Assembly (NCBI GenBank): GCA_964598205.1
Contig: CAZRBB010000001.1
Location: forward strand, 92,199 to 156,198
Direction of reading: 5' to 3'
Length of the DNA: 64,000 nucleotides
Source of the DNA: an uncultured Candidatus Saccharibacteria bacterium
GTDB taxonomy: Bacteria > Patescibacteriota > Minisyncoccia > CAIUEV01 > JAHKAQ01
Shown here: positions 26,987-35,338 of the stretch, in pieces
Layout of the letters: the number at the start of each line of letters is the position of its first letter
How positions within the stretch are numbered: position 1 is the first letter of the stretch
Translations under genes and position numbers: made by a program
The notes under the pieces: model-generated
The model's database searches: none
The model's input: the letters and a program-made list of their open reading frames with translations, nothing else
What the model was told of the DNA's origin: nothing

Positions 26987-28333
26987 ATGGAAGGAAAAAA
27001 CGAAATCGTTTTTAAGAAAATCTTATTAGTTGGTCTTTCTATGTTTGGCAAGCGCTGGTCTTTTACTCCGCTGGACCTAGCTTATTCTATTGGCTATCTA
27101 AGAAAGGTAGAGCCAAGAATCAGAGCTAATTTTACGCAACTAGCGCTTCATCAAGGCCGAGGCTCATTACATACTGTTTCAAAAGAACTTCAAAAAGCAA
27201 AGAAGAAAATCATAAAAGAAGATCCGGATTTGGTTGTTTTTTTCCTAGAAAACATTTTACTGAGTGGAATGTTCTATGAAGGAATTTTTCTGCGACTAGC
27301 AAAAATCCTAAAAAAAGAATGGCAGGGGAAGGTAGTTTTCCAAAGCCATAAACTAGACAACGCTAAAGCGAAGATTATTTTAAAATTAAATCCAGTTGTT
27401 GACTTTGTGATCTTGGGAGAGCCTGAACTTCCTCTCTTGGAATTAATCCTAGGAAGATCAAAGGGGAAGATAATAAAATTAAAGCCAGGTAACCTCATGC
27501 CTCTTAAAGAAATTCCTTCCCCATATCTTTCTGGAATTTTAGATCTCTTTCTTAGAAAGAAAGGCGTGATGATCATGCTAGAAACGAAAAGAGGGTGTCC
27601 AGGGTCCTGTCATTATTGTTTTAGGAGCGTGAAGCATTCCAGTGTTAGATTTTTCAACTTAGAGAGAGTTATGGAAGAACTAAGGTATTTAAAAACCAAA
27701 GGGAGAGAGAAAGTATTTATTATAGATGATCTCTTTATTTTTAATCTGCTTTATTTGAAAAGATTTGTAAGTTTATATAAGAAGTTTTTTAAAAATCAGA
27801 ATGGTCCTTGGCTGGTAATAACGAGTCGTCTCGAGAATCTAACGCTAGAGGCCATTGATCTTCTTGATTTGATTAAAGTCTCTCTTATCCAGATTGGTCT
27901 TCAGAGTACAAACCCAAAGACTTTTAAGTTCTTCGGAAGAAAGCTAGGGAGAACGGAAATTAAAAAAAAGTATAAAGCTATAAAAAAAAAATGTGGGAGC
28001 GAAATTTTGATCGATCTTATCCTAGGACTTCCCCAGGATAATTTACAGAAATTCAAAGAGTCTCTGGATTTTACAATCAAGCTCAAGCCACAGCGAATTC
28101 AAATAAAGCAGCTTTATTTAAATCCTGGAACCAGATTTTATAAGGAGCAAAAAAAATATAATTTTCAAGTAAATCAAAAGCGTGATGATTTTAGATCTCC
28201 TTTCGTTCTAGAGAACTGCTCATTTAAAGAGAAAGAAATGAAGGAAGCATTTCTCTATATAAAAAAAGTAGCCAAAAGAGAGAAAAAAATTCATTGGAAA
28301 GTACTTACTGCCTGGGGAAATTTCAGGAGCTAG
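26987..28333 (+). CDS. B12-binding-domain radical SAM protein
   Basis: PLDLAY N-terminal domain, GEPE, PSPYL, ETKRGCPGSCHYC, IGLQS, DLILGLP. Confidence 0.88.
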   Translation: MEGKNEIVFKKILLVGLSMFGKRWSFTPLDLAYSIGYLRKVEPRIRANFTQLALHQGRGSLHTVSKELQKAKKKIIKEDPDLVVFFLENILLSGMFYEGIFLRLAKILKKEWQGKVVFQSHKLDNAKAKIILKLNPVVDFVILGEPELPLLELILGRSKGKIIKLKPGNLMPLKEIPSPYLSGILDLFLRKKGVMIMLETKRGCPGSCHYCFRSVKHSSVRFFNLERVMEELRYLKTKGREKVFIIDDLFIFNLLYLKRFVSLYKKFFKNQNGPWLVITSRLENLTLEAIDLLDLIKVSLIQIGLQSTNPKTFKFFGRKLGRTEIKKKYKAIKKKCGSEILIDLILGLPQDNLQKFKESLDFTIKLKPQRIQIKQLYLNPGTRFYKEQKKYNFQVNQKRDDFRSPFVLENCSFKEKEMKEAFLYIKKVAKREKKIHWKVLTAWGNFRS

Positions 28334-28461
28334 TTTTTTAAAAGAAAGCCATTCTTTTTGTTAAGAGATGGGTAGTTTAATTTTAAAAACAGCGATTTTT
28401 CTTTAAGACGGTTTTTTGCTAAAATACCAAGGTTAAACTTTTAGTAATTTTAGTAAAAATA

Positions 28462-30198
28462 ATGATAAGAAAACCGCGAATTCATTCTGGAAGTGAAGAA
28501 TATTTTAAAAGACGACCCATGCAGGAGTCTCGAATAATTTCCAAAAGAGAACACCGCTTTCCCTTGGAAAGAAAAAGCGGCGGTTTTTATTTCTTCTGGA
28601 TCTTGGGAGGATTAGCAGCCATTGCAGTAATTTATTTTTTAGGGAACTTTATTAAGACACAGGGCCTACGAGCAAATTTAGTGTTTTATGAAGGAGAAGT
28701 TTTTGTTAAGCAGGGAGGAGACGGCAATGATTGGAAAAAAGTAGAGAAAGAAGTCAAATTAAAAAAGATGGACGAAGTAAAAACAATGGAAAATTCTCGG
28801 GCGATTGTTAATTTTGAAGATGGCAGTGTTTTGCGTTTAGATGAGTTTTCTCGGGTAATTCTTTCCGAAGAAAGCGGGAATATCTTGGTAATTCAGACCG
28901 ATGGTGGCTCTTATCATCGGGTTTCTAAAAACGACGACAAGAAATACTTTGTAGAATTTACTGGCATAGATGGCGTTCCCAAAACAAAAATAGAAGCCCT
29001 AGGAACTGCCTTTTGGGTAAAGAAAACGGGGACAGAAATCTCCGTAGGAGTTTTAGGTGGAAAAGTAAAATACACCAAAGAAGAAAAAAACACTTCTTTT
29101 GAATTAGAGGAGGGTCAAGAAGTTCTTTCTGGAACAGACAAGGAAGACAAAAGAGAAGTAAGCATAGAAGATCTAACGGCGGAATTTATTTCTTGGAATA
29201 TTGATCAGGATCAAAAAAAGAATCTAGCTCTAGGAGCATTTGTAGGATTAAAATTAGCCCAGAAAGAAACCCAGGAAAAATCCCAAGAAGAATCTCGGCC
29301 TCAGGCAAGCGAAGAAAATAAACCAGAAGAAGAAAAAAAGGATGACCCAGCAACAACAGAAAATGGAACGCAGACAGGAATTATTTTAACGGGAACGGCA
29401 GGGGATAACGGAGTAACCTTGAATTGGGAACTTAAAGACACGGAGGCAAAGGATGGGCTTAAAATTGTTAAAGGATTAGAAGCTAATCCTGAATATCCAG
29501 GTAGTTATTATCGCTCGGTTCGCTCGGAAAGTTCTAAGAGCTACCTTTGGGATGTAACCGATGGCAAAACGCATCATTTTCGAATTTGTGCTTACGACGG
29601 CACCTCTGGCTGCAAGGCTTACTCAAATGATTTTATGATAGAAGCCAAAAAAGTGGCGAGCGAAAAAGATGCGGAAAGCTGTAAAGATTCTGGCGGAACC
29701 TGGAGTGAAACTGATAAAAAATGCACCTGTCCAAGCGATCAAGAACTGAATTTGGGTCGTTGTCAAAAGAAAGAGGCGAGTAGTGAGGCGCTAAAAGAAC
29801 AAGAAAAAAGCTGTACGGATTCTGGAGGGACATGGGACAAAGATAATGAAGAATGTGATTGTGCCGAAACGGAAACATTAAAAGAGGATCGCTGTGTTAA
29901 AAAAGAATACGCCGATTCAGTGAGTCTTTCTGGAGATAGTACAAAAAAGGGAGAAGCTAAATTAAGCTGGACCATATCTGGAGGTAATGCGCCAGATGGT
30001 TATAAGATTGTACGGAGCAAAGGCAAAGATCCTATTTATCCTGGAGACAAGGGCGTCTCCATTTCTAAAGAAGATACCAAGAGCTATGCTTGGAAAGATC
30101 TACCAGAAGGAGAAACCTATTATTTTAGAGTTTGCGTGTTCGACGGTTCCAAGTGTTTAGACTACAGCTCAAATCAAAAGATAAAAATCAAGAACTAG
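28462..30198 (+). CDS. Membrane-anchored FecR-domain protein with duplicated FN3-like domains and Cys repeats
   Basis: FEDGSVLRL, ALGTAF, GVLGGKV; two W...G.KIV...P.YPG...FR.C..DG..C..YS units; two C.DSGGTW...C.C units. Confidence 0.8.
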   Translation: MIRKPRIHSGSEEYFKRRPMQESRIISKREHRFPLERKSGGFYFFWILGGLAAIAVIYFLGNFIKTQGLRANLVFYEGEVFVKQGGDGNDWKKVEKEVKLKKMDEVKTMENSRAIVNFEDGSVLRLDEFSRVILSEESGNILVIQTDGGSYHRVSKNDDKKYFVEFTGIDGVPKTKIEALGTAFWVKKTGTEISVGVLGGKVKYTKEEKNTSFELEEGQEVLSGTDKEDKREVSIEDLTAEFISWNIDQDQKKNLALGAFVGLKLAQKETQEKSQEESRPQASEENKPEEEKKDDPATTENGTQTGIILTGTAGDNGVTLNWELKDTEAKDGLKIVKGLEANPEYPGSYYRSVRSESSKSYLWDVTDGKTHHFRICAYDGTSGCKAYSNDFMIEAKKVASEKDAESCKDSGGTWSETDKKCTCPSDQELNLGRCQKKEASSEALKEQEKSCTDSGGTWDKDNEECDCAETETLKEDRCVKKEYADSVSLSGDSTKKGEAKLSWTISGGNAPDGYKIVRSKGKDPIYPGDKGVSISKEDTKSYAWKDLPEGETYYFRVCVFDGSKCLDYSSNQKIKIKN

Positions 30199-30271
30199 AA
30201 ATTTATTTTCCCTAAGACAAGAAGTTTGCTCTTGAGTAAAATTTCGCTATGATGTTTTTGTTTCCACCAAA

Positions 30272-30345
30272 GGCAGGGTAGCTCAGTTGGTTAGAGCGTG
30301 GGACTCATAAGCCCGAGGTCGTGGGTTCAACTCCCACCCCTGCTA
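30272..30345 (+). tRNA. tRNA-Met(CAT), probably elongator
   Basis: GGCAGGG acceptor, CTCATAA loop, GGTTCAACTCC. Confidence 0.92.
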
Positions 30346-30390
30346 CTTTATAAAAATGTTTGTAGAAGAAAAAATTAGTTTGGTTATTTA

Positions 30391-31085
30391 TTATTCGCAA
30401 CAATTAAGACCATTTTCACAGTTGCGACCACCCCAGTCAATTGATCCTTTTGTACCACAGCCTTTTTTACAAGTGCCACCGTTGTCACCACAAGACTCAT
30501 TTTCCTTGCCGTTACCTACTAAACATTTCCCACTATAGCAAGTTCCATTGTCGTTTGTTTTAGTGAGGCAATTATCCCCATTTTTTCTTGGCACGGGGTT
30601 TCTTCGTTTGTTGCTGGTGCTGGCGTTGGTGTTGTTGTTTTCTTATAACTTTTGCATTCCATATTTAAACTCCACCAATTTTCTGTATAGCCCATTAGTT
30701 TGGCTGTAATATTAACAAAGAGCCAAGCTAAAAGACAAAATAAAAACCCCAAGAGGGCTAATTTAATAGCCTCCTTGGCGGTATTCATTAAAGCTTCTGT
30801 ACCAGCAGAAGTAATATATAAAACTCCGGCAATAGCACCAATTAAAATAGCAAAAGCCAAAGAAATTTTTAATAAGAATTGAAAAATATTTTTAGCCAAA
30901 AGTACAAAGTGGCAAAGGGTGCACAGATCACCCTTAATACCACAAGGAACAAGCGAACCTTCGTAATAACCGCTGGCAGCCAAAGAAGAGAGAGGTGCAA
31001 TTATTAAAACAATCCACAGAGCTAACAAGAGAAAGGCATTTCTGGATTTTGATTTAAACATCCTCTTATTTATAAACAATCTCAT
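30391..31085 (-). pseudogene. T4SS/VirB2-type pilin with Cys-rich module, split by a frameshift in an A6 tract
   Basis: Pilin core (LVPCG..CTLC..YITSAG..AK) in ORF 31085-30519; Cys module in another frame (30594-30391) aligns with the paralog at 31672-32802. Confidence 0.75.
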
Positions 31086-31140
31086 ATTTTATTTATTGGT
31101 TAATTTATTTATTTATTTATTTCTAAATATTTCTAGCTTG

Positions 31141-31641
31141 TTATTTGGGAAGCGGTTTTCCATCTGTACAAAAACTTAGCCCATAATCAAAACCAGAAGC
31201 TTGATTATCTACAAAATAAGGGACAGTCATTTCCACTTTCAAGTAGCAAGCTTGTTTTTGATTAGCACCAGTGATTGCTAAAAAATCAGTTTCTGCGTTT
31301 TTTCTTGCAGCTTCTAAATTTTCATTAAGAAGAACTATTAAGAAAAACTTTTCCTTAAAAAAATATTCCATGGAATAATCACTGGTTTTTTTAAAAGCAA
31401 AACTCATAGAAAATTCAGTCCCAGGGATTTTATTTTTATAAACATTGGTCAGGTCAATTTCGCCTTCGGGAGTAGATATTTTTTCAGATTTTGTTACGAC
31501 TGGTGAGGATTCTGTCCCAGGATTATTGGGACTTTTATTTTCAGAATTTTCTCCTGGATTAGTTTTTGTAATCTTAAAATAAAAAAAGACAATTAGAGCC
31601 AAGAGCAACAAGGAAAGAATAATGTAGATAAATTTCTTCAT
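31141..31641 (-). CDS. Hypothetical membrane-anchored protein
   Basis: N-terminal TM, soluble domain with two Cys. Confidence 0.75.
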   Translation of the reverse strand: MKKFIYIILSLLLLALIVFFYFKITKTNPGENSENKSPNNPGTESSPVVTKSEKISTPEGEIDLTNVYKNKIPGTEFSMSFAFKKTSDYSMEYFFKEKFFLIVLLNENLEAARKNAETDFLAITGANQKQACYLKVEMTVPYFVDNQASGFDYGLSFCTDGKPLPK

Positions 31642-31671
31642 AAAAACAATTTGGTTTTTTTAAAAACGGCT

Positions 31672-32802
31672 TTACTGGCACTTAGCATTGGTACTCCATT
31701 GACTAAAATTCGTCCAATTACCCGAAAGCTGGCAGGCATATTTAATATTTGTTTCTGGGTCGGTAGCTGAAGTTTTACAGGCACTGTAAGTACCTGGATT
31801 GAGAATATCACATTTCATGCATTTTCTAACAATATCGAATTGAGGCTTTTCACACTTAAAGCCCGAAGGACAATTTGTTCCACCAATGCTATGTTTTGTA
31901 AGATTAATTTGGAAAAGTCCGCAAGAAGCTCCAGTTCCAGCACCTTGCTTATCTGGACAAATCTTATCTCCACAAACCGTAGGCGAACCCCCACTTTCTT
32001 CTTTGCAAATACAAATCGCTTTAGCCACATTAGCACTTCCACCGGGGCAATATTTATTTAGATTTTCTTCAGTGCAGTAACCAGATCCGGCTATTTTTTT
32101 CTTACAACAAACAAGGCCACTTTCACAGTTACGGCCACCCCAATCGGTTGTTCCGTCGCTACAATCTTTTGCACAAGTACCGCCATTATCGCCGCAGGGT
32201 TCATCTTTTTTTCCGTCTCCTTCTAAGCATTGCCCACTATAACAGTAGCCTTCAATTGTTTCCTCGCCGTCTGTTTTAGTACAAGAATCACCCTCTTTTT
32301 TATTTTGGCAGGCAGGGTCAACTATTGGGCATTGATTGTTAATTGGTATCCCACCACCTGGGCAGATGTCCGGTGGCATAGGAACTCGGTAATCTTTACA
32401 TTCCAAATTAAGACTCCACCACTGTTCTTGGTAGCCCATTGTTTTAGCAACTAAATTCACCAAAAGCCAAGAAAAAAGACAAAGAGCAAATCCCCAAAGA
32501 CTAAGCTTAAATCCATTCTTGGCGTTGGTGATTTGTTTTTCTGATCCAGCAGAGATAACATAAAGAATACCAACAATCGCTCCTATTAAAATAGAGAAGG
32601 CCAGTGATACTTTTAACAGGAACTCAAATATTTTTTTAGCCAAAAGCACAAAATCGCAGAGAGTACACCATTTATCTTTAACACCGCAGGGGACTAAGGA
32701 ATCATCATAATACCCGGCCAATGCTAGGAGAGGGAAAGAAATTAAAAACACCGTTAAAAGGAAAATTTTTAATCGGCGATTATTTTTAAAATAGGAAATC
32801 AT
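31672..32802 (-). CDS. Pilin fused to Cys-rich module and lytic transglycosylase (SLT-like) domain
   Basis: LVPCG..CTLCDF pilin core; EESGG, GLFQIN, DPETNI..A lysozyme-fold motifs. Confidence 0.8.
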   Translation of the reverse strand: MISYFKNNRRLKIFLLTVFLISFPLLALAGYYDDSLVPCGVKDKWCTLCDFVLLAKKIFEFLLKVSLAFSILIGAIVGILYVISAGSEKQITNAKNGFKLSLWGFALCLFSWLLVNLVAKTMGYQEQWWSLNLECKDYRVPMPPDICPGGGIPINNQCPIVDPACQNKKEGDSCTKTDGEETIEGYCYSGQCLEGDGKKDEPCGDNGGTCAKDCSDGTTDWGGRNCESGLVCCKKKIAGSGYCTEENLNKYCPGGSANVAKAICICKEESGGSPTVCGDKICPDKQGAGTGASCGLFQINLTKHSIGGTNCPSGFKCEKPQFDIVRKCMKCDILNPGTYSACKTSATDPETNIKYACQLSGNWTNFSQWSTNAKCQ

Positions 32803-32849
32803 GGGCTTGATTAGAAACTTTAAATTTTATATTGTTAATTTCTAGCTTT

Positions 32850-32926
32850 GGGGATATAGCTCAGTTGGCTAGAGCGCTTCCATGGCATGGAAGAGGCCAA
32901 GGGTTCAAATCCCTTTATCTCCACCA
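32850..32926 (+). tRNA. tRNA-Ala(GGC)
   Basis: GGGGATA acceptor, CTTCC-ATGGCAT-GGAAG, encoded CCA. Confidence 0.96.
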
Positions 32927-32949
32927 AAAAAATTTAAAAATACTTTTTT

Positions 32950-33798
32950 TCATTCTCCTTTTTCCAGTCTTTCTATTCTCTCGGCTACCGGCGGGTGAGT
33001 GGCGAATAATCTTTGAATCAATCCCAAGGAAGCTCCACCGGCTAAAGGGCTTACAATATATAAATTTTCAAAGGCAGGGTTAATTTCCATTTTTTCTCTT
33101 TGAGAGATATTGGCCAATTTAGCCAAGGCACTAGCCAAACCTTCGCCATCGCCAGCTAACTTAGCACCAGTAGCGTCAGCCTTAAATTCCCTAGAACGAG
33201 AAATAGCCATTTGAATTAAAAGGGCTGCTATGGGAGCCAAAATAATAATTAAAATTTCAGAAAAAGGATTTCTGTTTTCGCCGCTAGACCTTCCACCAAA
33301 GAAACTAGTCCAACGAATTAAATACACTAAGCTGGTAATGGCCGAAGCAATCACAGCCGCGGCAGTGGCTAAAAGAATATCTCTATTTTTTATATGACCA
33401 ATTTCGTGAGCCAAAACGCCAGCCAATTCTCCTTCTTCTAGATTATTCAAAAGCCCCATGGTTACTACCACAGAGGAGTGTGAAGGATTCCGACCGGTAG
33501 CAAAAGCGTTAGCCTGAAGACTGTCGGAAAGAAATAGTTTAGGACAAGGAACGCCCGCCTTCCCTGAAAGTTCTTTTACTAAGCGATAAACTTCTGGAAA
33601 TTTATCTTCAGCCATTGGTTTGGCCTTGGCAGTCCGAATGGCGATTTTATCGGAAAAAAAATAAACAAAAATATTCATTAAAATACCGATTCCACCAAAT
33701 AAAAGAGCTCCCGAAGAATCTCCGGCAATTTTTCCAAGAGTGATTAAAATAAGAACCAAAGAACTAAAAAGAAGAATTGTTTTCAAGGTGTTGTTCAT
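32950..33798 (-). CDS. htpX: Zinc metalloprotease HtpX
   Basis: NAFATG, HEIGH, SRSREFKAD, ATHPP. Confidence 0.95.
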   Translation of the reverse strand: MNNTLKTILLFSSLVLILITLGKIAGDSSGALLFGGIGILMNIFVYFFSDKIAIRTAKAKPMAEDKFPEVYRLVKELSGKAGVPCPKLFLSDSLQANAFATGRNPSHSSVVVTMGLLNNLEEGELAGVLAHEIGHIKNRDILLATAAAVIASAITSLVYLIRWTSFFGGRSSGENRNPFSEILIIILAPIAALLIQMAISRSREFKADATGAKLAGDGEGLASALAKLANISQREKMEINPAFENLYIVSPLAGGASLGLIQRLFATHPPVAERIERLEKGE

Positions 33799-33827
33799 AA
33801 TTCAGTGATCGGGCTAATGATTAAATG

Positions 33828-34799
33828 TTATGGTTCTAGCGTCGGCGCAACGGATTCTTCTGGATTATTGACCGGTAATGTTTTGGAAGGTTCTTGCCCA
33901 GTAACCGGCTTGGTTGTTTTCTTATTAGTTTGGATAAAAGTTTTTAATTCGGGGATTAGCAATCCCAATTGATCCTTAATCCCAGCAATTTCTGTTCTTA
34001 AGTTTTTAATAATGGTCTTGGTATTTTCTAAATTATTTTTTGCTTCTTCTTTATTCTTGGCAGGAGTTATGCCAGTTATTTTTTTTTCTGCAGAATCAAT
34101 GGATTCGCTAAGGGAATTCAAATCAGTCTTTAGAGTTTTTATTTTGGTTTGAGTTTCTGCGGGTAGAGGATTATTTGTTGATGTTTCTTCTATTTTAGCT
34201 AAAGCTGTCTCCACTCTAGTAACAATGGTTTTCCCCGTGGCCACTAAGATTAATCCCTGACCCTGAATAATCATCGAAGAATAACCATGGAATTTTCCTA
34301 ATTGCTCTTGAGCTTCTTCCTTTAAAACTTTTGGATCAGTGCTAGTTGATTGCCCAACATTTTTTGAGAGTTGCTCCAAACCGCTTTTAGTGGAGGAAAG
34401 AGTATCTTTAATTTTGGCTAAGTCTGGCGAATCAACCATATTTTTTTGTCCTAGCCGTGTTTCTATCCGCACTACCATTTGAATACGATTTTGAATCATA
34501 GCCTCAAACATGTTTTGCAAGCGGGACTTATTTGCCCGTCCTCTTAACTGGGCTTTATCCATGTTTCGTTGATCAGGAGCAGTATTATTTTTTGTTGCTT
34601 TTTCTTGAGTAGTGACCTGAGTGCTGGATCCTTGATTTTGGACTTGGTTTCTAACTTGATTTTCTTGATCGGTAGTTTGAACCGTATCATTAGTATTAAC
34701 AGGCGATCCTTGATTATTAGCTGCTTTTGCCGGTATAAAGGAAACAAAGAACACTAAAAAAGAAAGAGGGAGAAGTGCTCTAATTTTTAGTTTGGTCAT
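33828..34799 (-). CDS. Secreted coiled-coil hypothetical protein
   Basis: Signal peptide (AKA), Q/N-rich linker, helical region. Confidence 0.75.
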   Translation of the reverse strand: MTKLKIRALLPLSFLVFFVSFIPAKAANNQGSPVNTNDTVQTTDQENQVRNQVQNQGSSTQVTTQEKATKNNTAPDQRNMDKAQLRGRANKSRLQNMFEAMIQNRIQMVVRIETRLGQKNMVDSPDLAKIKDTLSSTKSGLEQLSKNVGQSTSTDPKVLKEEAQEQLGKFHGYSSMIIQGQGLILVATGKTIVTRVETALAKIEETSTNNPLPAETQTKIKTLKTDLNSLSESIDSAEKKITGITPAKNKEEAKNNLENTKTIIKNLRTEIAGIKDQLGLLIPELKTFIQTNKKTTKPVTGQEPSKTLPVNNPEESVAPTLEP

Positions 34800-34854
34800 T
34801 TTTTAGAATTATTTTTTGAATATTTTTAAAACCACTGCTTATTTTAGTAAATTG

Positions 34855-35253
34855 TTATTCTAATTTTTCTAACTCTTGAGCTGTTTTTCCTAAAGATTCC
34901 TCTACTTCAATGTTGGCTTGGTCATTACTAGCGTTTTCTTCTACGGAACTAAGGGCTTCGTTAGATGAATTTTCCAGCTCTGTTACAGACATTTCCAAAT
35001 CATTAACCGCCTCTTCCTTGGTTTGGGGAGGGGTATAGGGAGTGGATTTTTGATTATTAATACCGCTGGAATTTTGCTTAAGAGGCGTTTTGTTGGGGTT
35101 TTTTACTTCCGTTTTTTGGCTATGTCCACAGCCCGAGAGAGTTAGTGATAAGCCAAGAACTGTTAAAAAAGAAACCGAAAAAAGAAGAAAACGAAGGTGC
35201 TTTTTCATTTTTATTTTTTTTAAATATAATAATAAACAAAGACATTGTATCAT
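34855..35253 (-). CDS. Putative lipoprotein (start probably 35208)
   Basis: MKKHLR...LSGC lipobox. Confidence 0.7.
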   Translation of the reverse strand: MIQCLCLLLYLKKIKMKKHLRFLLFSVSFLTVLGLSLTLSGCGHSQKTEVKNPNKTPLKQNSSGINNQKSTPYTPPQTKEEAVNDLEMSVTELENSSNEALSSVEENASNDQANIEVEESLGKTAQELEKLE

Positions 35254-35338
35254 TTCTGGAATAAATAGGGAAAAATGGATTTTTTTTGTGCTACAATTCC
35301 TCTTGGTTTGAACCGGATTTTATTTTATATAGTGGAGT

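Noticed and set aside
32832-33083. 83-aa ORF and the many other short antisense ORFs in the track
   Set aside because: They overlap tRNA-Ala or lie antisense to well-supported genes, with no independent motifs.
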